NCBI RefSeq assembly: GCF_001194135.2
Contig: NC_069001.1
Span: forward strand, 20,936,275 to 20,975,862
Source of the DNA: Octopus bimaculoides
Lineage: Eukaryota
Direction of reading: 5' to 3'
DNA: 39,588 bases
The translations under genes were made by a program, and so were the position numbers. Below the pieces are notes generated by a model, which was not told the origin of the DNA, did no database searches, and saw only the letters and a program-made list of their open reading frames with translations. Of this stretch, positions 1 through 10,763 are shown piece after piece (position 1 is the stretch's first letter; every line of letters begins with the position of its first letter).

Positions 1-19
1 ATATATATTTATATATATC

Positions 20-950
20 AAAATAAGCAACAAGGATGTTTCAAGCAACTCCATTTAATTGAACAATGCTATCATTACATCAATTTAAATGCAGCGCAAT
101 CCTCAGCTGCATAAAGACATAGAATTTAATTAAATTAAAACAGATGGACACATTAGTATAATTTTACCTAAAATCTCCAAGAAGGTAAGGAGATAGACAG
201 AGAAAATGCTGTCTTCATTTCAGCTTAGAAGCTACTAAGGTATCAAGATTTTGCTTGTCACTGTTTTATGGGGTCAGTTTTAATTTATAGACTAGTTTAT
301 CAAATCTTTGTATATCCAAGGCCAAAAGAGCAAGGAGCAATGCCTGTTAGAAAGTGGGCTGAGGGAGTCGACAATATTGTTTAAAATATTTAACTATAGT
401 ACCACGTGATGAGATTTCCCCTGTTTCATTATGAATGGTCTACTATTGACTTGCCCCTTTAATTGTCAGCTAACATTTTGATTCAAGATTTCCTTTACCA
501 AATCTCATGATATTGCTTCAAATAAATCTTGATAGTTTTTATGACTATATCCACTGTGATTTCTGTCAGCCCCCTTCCTAACAGGCATTGCTCCTTGCTC
601 TTTTGGCCTTCAATATACAAAGATTTGATAAACTAGTCTATAAATTAAAACTGACCCCATAAAACAGCGACAAGCAAAATCTGTAACAAGTCTTTCTTCC
701 TGATACCTTAGTAGCTTCTAAGCTGAAGTGAAGACAGTATGTTCTCTGTCTATCTCCTTAGCTTCTTGCAGACTTTAGGTACAATTATACTAATGTGTCC
801 ATCTGTTTTAATTTATTTAAATTCTATGTCTTTATGCAGCTGAGGACTGCTCTGCATTTAAATTGATGTAATGATTGCATTGTTCAGTTAAATGGAGTTG
901 CTCGCAACGATTGTATCGCATTACCTCTGGATATCCTTGTTGCGTATTTT
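20..950. repeat. Long imperfect inverted repeat: arms 20-362 and 566-950, ~200-bp spacer
   Basis: Arm 1 reads as the reverse complement of arm 2 throughout (e.g. ggccaaaagagcaaggagcaatgcctgttag vs ctaacaggcattgctccttgctcttttggcc). Arm 2 has two extra ~20-25-nt segments. Confidence 0.9.
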
Positions 951-1106
951 AATTTTAATCACTTTATTTTGAAATTGTATGGATAATACCGTACTAAATT
1001 CTGGTGCCTCAACTTAAATACCATATTCATTCAGGAGTAATTTGCACAGGTTATGAGAGTTACATCCTATTTCAATTTTACTGGGGAAAAATAACGAGGG
1101 TAAGAC

Positions 1107-1182
1107 GTTGTGGAGTGAGTTTAGTGGGATGGTCCACATGACCCCTGTGATATGAACCATCCTACTAAACTCACTCCACAAC
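1107..1182. repeat. 76-nt hairpin with a 27-bp stem
   Basis: gttgtggagtgagtttagtgggatggt (1107-1133) pairs with accatcctactaaactcactccacaac (1156-1182), with one G-U pair and a 22-nt loop. Confidence 0.9.
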
Positions 1183-2479
1183 ATTTTAATTTTTTATTCA
1201 TTTATTCCCAACGAGCATATACTTCCACTAACACTTCAAATTTTAATATTTTAATATTATTTGCATCTGTAGCTTGCAACATTGTAACCAGTTGAACACT
1301 AAATCTCCCCTCACCACTAGTCATCTCATGCTCACTGTTCTGAGGGCTGTCATTTGAGAACTCCATTATCTTTAACAACCACGTTACTACCATCCAAATC
1401 CTGCCTCCCACTCTTGCAATCTAATGACTATTGTCAAGGCTGGTAGCCAACAATAAAATGAGATATATGCATGCGCACACACACACACGTTTGTGTCCAT
1501 GCATCTGTAATTGTCTGTATTTATATATATGTATATCTATGTGTATATGTATGGGTGCATGTATTATGTACAGCCATATACCTCTGCATATATGTGTAGG
1601 TGCTGGCACATGAGCACATGTGGGTATTTGTGCATATATATATTCCCTAACCCTTTTGCCATACATGCCTTCATTACTGACTAGTCTCTATCTACTCTCA
1701 TACATTTACCATTCTATCTTCTCTTCACACGGTAGTATACTGTTCCAACTCAATCCTAATTCACTTTCTATTCAAACATGGAATTAATGACTTCCATTAT
1801 CCTTTGCCATTGATTAACCTTGAATCTTCACCTATGGAACTGCGAATGGACTTTATCTTTTACCTATGACTTTATTAATTCTTTGATTATGGGACTACCA
1901 AACTCATATACCTTTCATTCTAGTTTTTCTTTCATTTCTCGATGAACTGGAAACTGCTAACAACCTTGATTGGGGATATTCTTCATTTCTATATTTTCTA
2001 ACTTCTCTCTCTCTCTCTCTAGTGACTGAATACTTTGTGGAATCCTTTACTCAATAACACGATCCATGTACTTGTAAGAGGTTTTACCTATTTATCATAA
2101 CTACTCTGCACTATGTTTATATTCTCTGTTTAAATTAAATGTGTCTAGAGTGATGACAGGTGTTTTGCATATTCATTTTCTATTTTAATTTATCTGTCTG
2201 TCTGTCGCCCCCACCACCATACACATGAATAAAAACAGGGATGAAATAAATCCAAGTGAATAACTCTGTGAGTATTCCATGCAGTAAAACTAGTTAACAG
2301 GATGCAATTAAGATTAGAGTACTCTGTAAAGGTTGTTAATTCCATGTGACTGGTGCAAGCTGTACATTCGAAGTTTGTCTCCAATTAGTAATTTGGTATA
2401 TAAATCAGAGTATACCACTAATGAAATAAACAATGGAGAATTAGTTTTGCATGAATATAATTCTTCAATTTTTATTTCA

Positions 2480-2700
2480 TTTATACACACCTATACACAC
2501 ACAACACAAAAACATACACACACAACACAAAAACATACACACACACACATGCACCACACACACACACACCTATGTACACATACATATGCACCACATATAC
2601 ACACACCTACACACATGTACCACACAGACACATATACACCTACACACACACACACACATACACCTACCTACATGCACCAAACACACACACACACAAACGT
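2480..2700. repeat. CA/TA-rich low-complexity tract
   Basis: Degenerate (CA)n; produces the spurious His/Thr-rich ORFs. Confidence 0.9.
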
Positions 2701-2729
2701 ACAGACATAAAGAATACGGCTACAAACCA

Positions 2730-3110
2730 TATCTCTTGTTTTCCACCCTGTGGAGGCATTGAGGTTGGGCTAGTTAGCCCAAAGGTGGTTGAAATTTATT
2801 CTGCCTCAGGGCTGGTTGGGAAACTGGTCTAGTAAATAAAGTGTGAGTAGCAAGGGAAGCTTGCTGGCGGGTGCTAGTGGGTGATGGGGTTGCAGGTAAA
2901 TCTAGAGTGCTTAGCGTCTCTACAAGAAACAGAAATTCTTGTTTAGTTTCCAGTTTAGAACTGGAAATATAGAAAACCTTCTCCAGGAAACCAGTATTGC
3001 AGAGGGCATTGTTACAGTATGGGGCATAATTATCAAAGATATCTAATAGAAATTGCTTTAACTGTGTTATTGAAGACCTCTACTCATTATGTGAAATCAT
3101 TATAATTACT
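2730..3110 (-). mobile_element. Decayed Penelope-like element fragment (RT thumb/linker)
   Basis: Minus translation VFNNTVKAISIRY...IFDNYAPYCNNALCNTGFLEKVFYI aligns by eye with the 36.5-kb PLE segment TFENIIKGISIRT...NNYANYYNQALAVSGFSQKIRFI. Confidence 0.55.
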
Positions 3111-3451
3111 CCTCAATTTAGCTAAAATTCTCTTTTCTCACTGTACTTCTACTCCAACTTCCTTACCTCAGCGCATAATGTTCCCACATCTTTCTATTGT
3201 CTCTGACATTCTTAACTGCTTTCTTTTCTGAAAACAACAACCTTGACACCTCTCTCTTTCACGGCTAGGGTAACTGTTAGCATTATTTCTTCAGCAAGAT
3301 ATCAACTTTATCTTTTTTATGTCTGGTCTTTGTGAAACTATATCTTCATGTCGTCTCTCTTCTAAACCAGCCCTTCTTTTTCACTATTTCCTTCCACTTC
3401 CTCTAACCTCCTACTCACCTCTCTCCTCTTTAAGCCTTTATAGTACTGTGT

Positions 3452-3656
3452 GACTGGCCCTCGTGCCGGTGACACGTAAAAACACCCACTACACTCTCAG
3501 AGTGGTTGGCGTTAGGAAGGGCATTCAGCTGTAGAAACTCTGCCAGATCAGATTGGAGCCTGGTGCAGCCTACTGGCTTGCTAGTCCTCAGTCAAATCGT
3601 CCAACCCATGCTAGCATGGAAAGCGGACGTTATACGACGACGATGATGATGATGAT
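3452..3656 (+). mobile_element. SINE family B, 3' part with (GAT)n tail
   Basis: gtggttggcgttaggaagggcattcagctgtagaaactc...ccaacccatgctagcatggaaagcggacg followed by (gat)n. Antisense copies at 21535-21593 and 29300-29594. Confidence 0.8.
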
Positions 3657-3930
3657 TTGTAAAAACTACTCGCCAACTTGCATTTATATATATACGTTTA
3701 TGTATTTGTTTTGCAAGACTCCTGGTGTGAAATTCTGTGTTGAAACAGATATTGTTATAGTTGGGGATGGTCTTATCTTGCCAATGAAACACATGGACTA
3801 TACACTTGGTCTTCACTTCAGCATTGTTATTATTATTTTAGTGTTTTTGTCTAAGCTCTTCCATCACACATCCTGTAACCTCATCAGTGATTCTCTAACC
3901 CATGTGTCTCCTCTTGTTCTGCTTATTCCA

Positions 3931-4022
3931 CCATCTTAGGCAAGTATCCTTTATTATAGCCTTAGGCTGACGAAAGCTTTATGAGTGGATTTAGTAGATG
4001 GAAACTGGAAGAAGCTTGTTGT
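3931..4022 (+). mobile_element. SINE family A, 5'/middle fragment
   Basis: Similar to the 38113-38190 copy (aagt..tattatagcct..ggctgac.aaagc.tt.tgag..gattt..tagatggaaactg.aagaagc). Confidence 0.7.
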
Positions 4023-4159
4023 AAAGCCACACTTTGATCTGAGATGAGTTGTCTCACCTCTCTATGACTTTCAGGTGTTTTAACACCCAGTGTTAACAGC
4101 GGTCATCCCCAAGCACTATTTCACAGTGAATGTGGCAAACAAACAAAACACATACAAAC

Positions 4160-4600
4160 CAATTACAGAGAAGACAGAATTCCTTGCCTTTATCATAAGG
4201 TATCGAAACTGAGAGAATCAACCAATCTAAATTAAATTATTTATTGTGGTCTTTTATATACCAAATTAATTTACTAAGCCCTGTACTGTTACTATCCCTA
4301 AATCCCTAATGATTAGAAATTCTTTTAGATAACTGAGAAGATGAGCTGCCTATATAAAAAAAATATTTCCTTACCAGAAGTAATTTTACACTGGTATATA
4401 GAATTTTTAATTTTAGAGTTACTTGACATAAACTTGATTCTGTTGTTATTGACATCAGATACAATAACTTTGTTATTCATATTTCTAGGGGGATGGATGG
4501 TATTAGCTAAATTAATGTTAGTATTAGTAAATGTATCAATATTTAACAGGTTAATATTATGTGAGGAGATAATTTGTGAGAGATTTTATTCAAAGTGATA
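4160..4600 (-). mobile_element. Decayed PLE C-terminal GIY-YIG endonuclease fragment
   Basis: With one frameshift in the T8 run: NSIYQCKITSGKEIFFYIGSSSSQLSKRISNH*GFRDSNSTGLSKLIWYIKDHNK*FNLDWLILSVSIPYDKGKEFCLLC. Contains the IY...YIG motif and terminal CxxC. Confidence 0.8.
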
Positions 4601-4689
4601 TCTTTGAAACATGTGTCGGGAGTAAAAGAATTTGAATAACACCTGCTTTTAACTCCATTTATTTATTTATATATATGTATGTGTATATA

Positions 4690-4912
4690 TGTGTATCTTT
4701 GTGTCTATGTTTGTCCCCCATCACTACTTGAGAACTGATGTTGGAGTATTTACATCCCCATAACTTAGCAGTTTTGCAAAAGAGACCAATAAAATAAGTA
4801 CCAGGCTAAAAATAGAAAAGATAATATGTACTGGGGTTGATTAATTTGACTAAAAATTCTTGAATGCAGTGCCTCTGCATGGGTGTAGTCTAACAATTGA
4901 AACAAGTAAAAG
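4690..4912 (+). mobile_element. SINE family A, 3' half
   Basis: tgtttgtccccc...cccataacttagcagtt..gcaaaagagacc..taaaataagtaccaggct...tgaaacaagtaaaag; same as 38330-38534. Confidence 0.75.
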
Positions 4913-4913
4913 C

Positions 4914-5031
<118 letters not shown>

Positions 5032-5221
5032 TTATTTATATGTTGCATTCACCAAAAATCTGTTAATTATTTGAGACTAAACTTCAAGCTCTCAAATAAG
5101 TAACTAACTTCAGTCTGTCCTTGCACACATGCACTCGTTAGTTACTTTTCATTCCAATGTAGTTCGATGTAAATTAGGGATGAGACAGGTTGTATTTTGT
5201 GTGCTATGGATCACCCTGAAA

Positions 5222-6522
5222 ATGGAGAATCAAAATGAACATTATTGACACCTCATGTTATTTCATTTAAAAAAAAAAGCAAGAAAGTGATGGAAATCTG
5301 CAGGAAGACATGTGCTGTGTACAGATAGAATTCTGTTACAGAATGTGTGTGCCAGAAGTAGTTTTCAAGATTTAGATCAGGCAAGTTTTCAATCTTTGCT
5401 CTGGTGGGTCAACTGGGATTAACAACAACAACATGAAGGAGTTAGTCAACACTAACACCCATTATACAATCAGAATGATAGCAGATATTTTCCAAATATC
5501 CAAATCAAGTGTTGAAAAATATCTGCAAGGTTATGCCAGCTGGTTCAATGTTTGGGTCACACATCAATTGAATGTGGTTAACTATGCCTCACAGATTTCC
5601 ACAAGCAATTTGTTACAGAAATGTGAAAAAACAAAATGATCTAGTTTTGAAGAGTATCATGACATGGGATGAAAAATGGATCATCCATAACAGTGGTTCC
5701 CAAAGTGGGCAGTGGAATGATCTGGCGGGGTGGGGGTGGGGGCATTGAAAAAGGTGGAGCAATAATGGGGTAGCTAGAAGGGGCACAAGGAATGTAAAAA
5801 CAAAATAATGGATGAATTAGGTTAAGTTTTATTTTTGAAATAAATAGTTGATTTGAATTTGCTGCAGAAAATGGTCTGTTTGTGGTGGTGAGTGGTGAGA
5901 GGTGGCGCTAGGAATGTGGTCCAGGTGCCAAGGGGGTGTTGCTAGGAGTGTGGACTGAGTGGCAAGTCAGTGGCAACCTGAAAAAGTCTGGGAACTACTG
6001 ATCAATAACAATGTGACACATGGTAAACAACATCAAACAACCTCTAAAGGAGGACTTCATCTAAAGAAGTTTATGCATTCAATTTGGTGAGATTGGAAGC
6101 ATGTTGTCTTTTGCAGGCTTTTTTCCACCGACAGAACCATCAATTCAGATGTGTACTGTGATCAGTTTGACAAATTAAACACAGTGAACCACCAGAATTA
6201 CCCAATATTTGCCAGTCATTAGAGCATTATCCTTAATTATGACAATGCCAGACCACACACTTTTTTGCACATGCAGAAGTGATTGGGACTTAGCCGTGAT
6301 GTTTTGCCATGCCCTCCATATTGCCTGATCATGCACTTTCAAATTTTCACCTATTTTAGTTTCTTCAAAATTCATTGAATGGGCAGACTTTCAACATTAA
6401 AGAAGATGTAAAAATAATCACCTGGAAGAGTTTTTTGGCAGTAAAGAGAAGAAATTCTTTGAAATAATGGATCTGCAGAAAATATTGGAACAAAGCAGTA
6501 AATAATGTAATATTATATAATG
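5222..6522 (+). mobile_element. Decayed mariner transposase, interrupted by a hAT MITE
   Basis: MENQNEH..., WVTHQL (WVPHEL motif), TWDEKWIIHNNV across the MITE, LHLKK, DNARPH, PPY; multiple stops and frameshifts; TIRs not recognised. Confidence 0.9.
5691..6000. mobile_element. 310-bp hAT-type MITE with 8-bp TSD
   Basis: TIRs cagtggttcccaaa / ctgggaactactg; TSD atccataa (5683-5690) / atcaataa (6001-6008). Confidence 0.9.
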
Positions 6523-6619
6523 AAGTTGTTGTTGTGCTCAGATGCACTACTACAACTCATCAGTGACTAAAATTGCATGAACAGCACATAGAATAAGCAC
6601 AGAAAGTGAACAGTAAATA

Positions 6620-7858
6620 TGAGGGGCCACCTAAAAGAAACCAGAGTTTTGCAATATTATTTTATTCACTTAGTTTTACATGTTTATACTTTTATTTTCC
6701 ATTTGAAGCAATGCATCAGTCCAGGTGCATTTTCCATTGTTCAAAACAGTCCTGGAACTCTTGCGAAATGATGTCTTTTAACACCGCCATCATTTCTTTC
6801 TTCACCTTTTCCACATCTGCAAAACGTTTGCCTTTAAGGACTTTTTTCATTCAGGGTAACAAAAAAAGTCCCTGGGATCAAGATCAGGTGAATAAGGAGG
6901 GTGGGCAAGTAGAGTCATGCCATTTTTGGTCAAAAACTGTCTCACACTCAAAGTGGTGTGTGCAGGTGCATTGTCATGATGGAACCACCACTCTCTAGTT
7001 TGCCACAGGTTGAGGTGTTTTTGTCTCATTGCATCTCACAAATGCTTCAAAACTGCCAAGTAAAATGTCTGGTTAACAGTTTGACCAGGAGGGACAAATT
7101 CTGTGTGGACAATTCCTTTCCCATCAATGAAACAAATCAGCAATGTCTCGACACTGGGCTTCTGGTGACATCGAATGCTTCCATTGACTTAATTGCTGCT
7201 TTGTTTCCTGGTTGTAGCCATAGCACCAGCTTTCATCACAAATGATAACCTTCAAAAAAGGGTCTGGATCAACTTCTAACTATTCCTTCACTTCATGACA
7301 CACATTTGAGTCATGATTGCTTTTGATCTTTTGTGAGCATGTGAGGCACAAATTTTGTTGTAACTATTTTCCTTTGCAATTCCTTGCTCAAAATTCGTTG
7401 GCAGCAACTCCAGGATACATCAGTCATATGAACAAGCTTGTCAATTGTTCAGTGACGGTCCTTCAAGATCAGTTCATGAATTTTCATGATGTTTTCATTC
7501 GTTTGGGAGGTCAAAGGTCATCCTGAATGAGGTTGGTCTTCAAGCGACAAGTGACCATTCCTAAAGTGTGGAAACCACTCGTAAACTTGTGTTTTGCTTA
7601 TGGCAGTGTCCTTGTAAACTGTTTAAGGCTTCTCAACTGTTTTGGCTGCCGTTTTCCCGCCATCGTAAAAATCAACAAACAGGGTAGAAGCAATGCAAAA
7701 CATAGACACACCACATGAGAGTATCACTTCATTCAACACTGCTGGTCGGCCAACTGATGCCTGAGGGTTGCATCAAGTAGCTTCTAGTAGCAGAAGCCTG
7801 AACTACGATGGGCTTGCCCCACAGAGAATGTTTCCAGTTACTTTTGGGTAATCACTTG
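6620..7858 (-). mobile_element. Near full-length decayed mariner (second family), TA TSD
   Basis: Minus translation has FVPHML, ICDESWCYGY, KQQLSQW, HHDNAPAH and HPPYSPDL. Degenerate TIRs tgaggggccacctaaaagaaacc / ccagttacttttgggtaatcacttg, flanked by TA at 6618-6619 and 7859-7860. Confidence 0.9.
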
Positions 7859-7879
7859 TAAATCTTAAAAAAAGAATAA

Positions 7880-9118
7880 TGTGTGTGTGTGTGTGTGGGG
7901 GGGTATCAGGTGTACTGTTGGCGAATTTCAGGAAGCATGGAAATTTTGAAGGATGTAATGTCCCAACAACTAACAACTGATGTGGGTAGTTTATTCCATG
8001 TTTCAGCAATTCTGAGCATTAAAAAATGTTTCCAAATGTCATGGGTGTTGTGTTGTTTTATGATTTTGTAAGCTTGTCCACGAGTGTTAGACATATGGAA
8101 TTCAAAACGGTACCTAAGATTATTGTTGGAAGATAGTGGATAATCTTGTGGGTGTTTACCAAGTCAGTTGCCAAACATTGGAGCTCTAATGTGTTCATGC
8201 CCAGGGAAGAAAGACTTTCAGAGTATGGTAGATGCCTGATGGCGTATTTGTCTGGTGGCACATTTCTGAATAGTTACCAGGAGATTGATATGTTGAGCAA
8301 GATAGGGGTTTCAGACTGGTGATGTAAATATGTAGAGTACCATAGTCATATACAACTTTAAATAGATAGCTAGAGAGCAGCAACAAAAGGCCTTACTGAG
8401 GGAGGATGAAGCACACTCATTCTTGATAATTTTAGAGATGTGTTTTGTTCAACACAGATTGCTGTTGATCATAACAGCCTTAACAGACTTCTTAAGATTG
8501 GTGTTGTTAAGGGAGTATGTAAAAGCTAGGTTTTTTCTTCCAAAATGCCCGGTGGCGCACATGTTTGCAGCCAGTTTGAGTTACCAGTTAGTAATCCATT
8601 GTTTCATTGTGTCCAGGTCTGATTGCAGGAAAGGTCTATAGCATATAGGTTCTGTTCTTTTTATCTAAAGGTACAACTTGATGCCATCTGTATATTTCAA
8701 CACTAATATTCTTCAAGTTGGCATCTCATAAGGTGAAGAACAATGTCCTAGAACTGTGACTATCTCTTTTTTGACTGAGAAGGAAGGACTTCAACCAGTT
8801 ATAGGGATCATCTTTCACACCCATTGCAGAGAGTTTTGCTTTGAGTCATTTGTGTGGAACAGAACTGAAGGCTTTAGAAAGTCAAGACCCATGAGCCACC
8901 ATCAGTGATTTGGGCAATATCCTCAAGAAACTCGATGAGTTGGATACAACAGCTGGAGTTGGGGATAAATCCAAATTGTGAGGGTCAAGTAAGGCTGTGA
9001 GAGCTCCAGAGTGTTTCTCTGAGACAGGACTCCATCAGTTTGGTGATGCTGATAGTAAATTGACTGAATAGTTGTTGACAGGTGATGTGCAATCACCTCT
9101 TTTCAACAATTATATTAT
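7880..9118 (-). mobile_element. 5'-truncated decayed CR1-clade LINE (RT and C-terminus)
   Basis: QFGFIPNSSCCIQLIEFLEDI, YTDGIKLY (YADD-like), LPYSESLSSLGMNTLE, NTRGQAYKI...ETWNKLPTSVV typical of the CR1 C-terminus. Confidence 0.85.
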
Positions 9119-9127
9119 TGATTGAAT

Positions 9128-9255
9128 AAGGACACTGCCATAAGCAAAACACAAGTTTACGAGTGGTTTCCACACTTTAGGAATGGTCACTTGTCGCTTG
9201 AAGACCAACCTCATTCAGGATGACCTTTGACCTCCCAAACGAATGAAAACATCAT
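9128..9255 (+). repeat. Exact 128-bp inverted copy of mariner segment 7486-7613
   Basis: Base-for-base reverse complement of 7486-7613. Confidence 0.95.
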
Positions 9256-9331
9256 TGATTGAATAAATCACTTTGTGTTTCAGACTTGTGTCTGATTTTC
9301 AATTAAAAACCGAACTGACACTTTAGCCAAA

Positions 9332-9370
<39 letters not shown>

Positions 9371-9757
9371 CAAGAGAGTTAGGGGTTGAGGATCCAACCC
9401 ACTAAGGGATAGTATCTATCGAATATACTGCTGGGAGGGTACCCAATTATTGTTACACTAGTGTTATACCAAGTGTATAAGTGGGTGCAGGTAAAAAGGG
9501 GGGTTATTTTAACCTAAATTTATATAGCAATTAGAAAATGGAGGATAATATGCTGTACCCAACGAATTGCAGACAGTGTATTCCGTTGAATTAATTAACT
9601 TATTTTGTAACTAAAATGACAAAAAACCACAAAATGCAAATGTTTATGACAAACCATGTTATATTGACAATCGGGTTTACAAATATATAAAGTACAATAG
9701 GAATATATATAATCATGTAGAGAATGGAGAAACAAACACAGGAAGAAGCAGGTCGAT

Positions 9758-9948
9758 TGCGCTAGTTAGCCATTAATTTAATCAATTAGGTAGAGATTAT
9801 GTAATGTTATATTTTCGATCGTTTCGTTAAACAGAATTCTCAACATTCTGAAGAGATCTGCCAATTTAAATTAGCAAATCGAAACAATCGTAAACGTTAC
9901 ATTACATAATCTCTACCTAATTGATTAAATTAATGGCTAACTAGCGCA
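9758..9948. repeat. Fold-back with 50-bp perfect arms (9758-9807 / 9899-9948), running into a gap
   Basis: tgcgctagttagccattaatttaatcaattaggtagagattatgtaatgt and its exact reverse complement; imperfect pairing extends ~19 bp further inward. Confidence 0.9.
9842..9898 (+). ncRNA. Type I hammerhead ribozyme (core intact)
   Basis: aacatt CTGAAGA gatctgc-[12 nt]-gcaaatc GAAA C-aatc-G TA^ aacgtt. Helix I 5/6 bp, helix II 6/7 bp with G10.1-C11.1, helix III A-U and C-G. Predicted cleavage after 9892. Confidence 0.8.
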
Positions 9949-10048
9949 NNNNNNNNNNNNNNNNNNNNNNNNNNNNNNNNNNNNNNNNNNNNNNNNNNNN
10001 NNNNNNNNNNNNNNNNNNNNNNNNNNNNNNNNNNNNNNNNNNNNNNNN
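9949..10048. other. Assembly gap (100 N) followed by (TATG)n to 10087
   Basis: N run. Confidence 1.
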
Positions 10049-10669
10049 ATGTATGTATGTATGTATGTATGTATGTATGTATGTATATGAACTTTTTTAC
10101 CTTCTCTGGACCTTTCTTTTCTCCTCTTTCTCCCACCTTCACTGAGTTTCAACCTAACATATTCCACATGTACACCCTTTTATTATTTTGTAATTTGTTA
10201 TTTTTAATGCTCAATTTGACTATATTTATATGTATTTGAATAAAATTTGGGTAAAAACCTTGCATTATGCTTTGCAAAGCTTAACCCAAGTTATTGGCTG
10301 TCAGATGTCATCATACAGTGAAATACTCCTGTTACTGGATATACATATGGAATTCCATAGTATCCATAGAGAAAGGATGAATAAGAGAAAATAGATTGAA
10401 CAACATTCTTTACTTCATATTACTACAATTGTTTCCTCACATTGATACAGTGTAAAACTGTAGAACATTGGTGAGATGATGTATATGAACTAACATATTG
10501 TGTAATCACTGTCATTTGTCAAAAGTGTAAAATGTGTTTCTTTAGGTGATTATTTTGAATAACCCCTTCATTAGATCATATTGTCATTTCACTCTGTAAA
10601 GGAATGAATACCCAAAGCAGTTTGCTATTTTCAGCAATTTGCAGATTTCATTTATATCATTTTCTCATA

Positions 10670-10700
<31 letters not shown>

Positions 10701-10763
10701 TGGGTGTGTGTGTGTATATATATATAGGTCAGTAGAGTTAGAGGTTGGAATAATTGTCTAAGG

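Noticed and set aside
2333-2832. His/Thr- or Cys/Val-rich ORFs here and at 4.9, 19.7, 22.4 and 27.2-28.1 kb
   Set aside because: Translations of (CA)n/(TG)n microsatellites.
6520-6560. Minus-strand CTGATGA followed by a gttgt/acaac stem
   Set aside because: No GAAA after the stem; it runs into a (CAA)n tail.
9265-9305. Minus-strand agac-acaa-gtct GAAAC hammerhead-like motif
   Set aside because: The CUGANGA box is too degenerate and helix I is absent.
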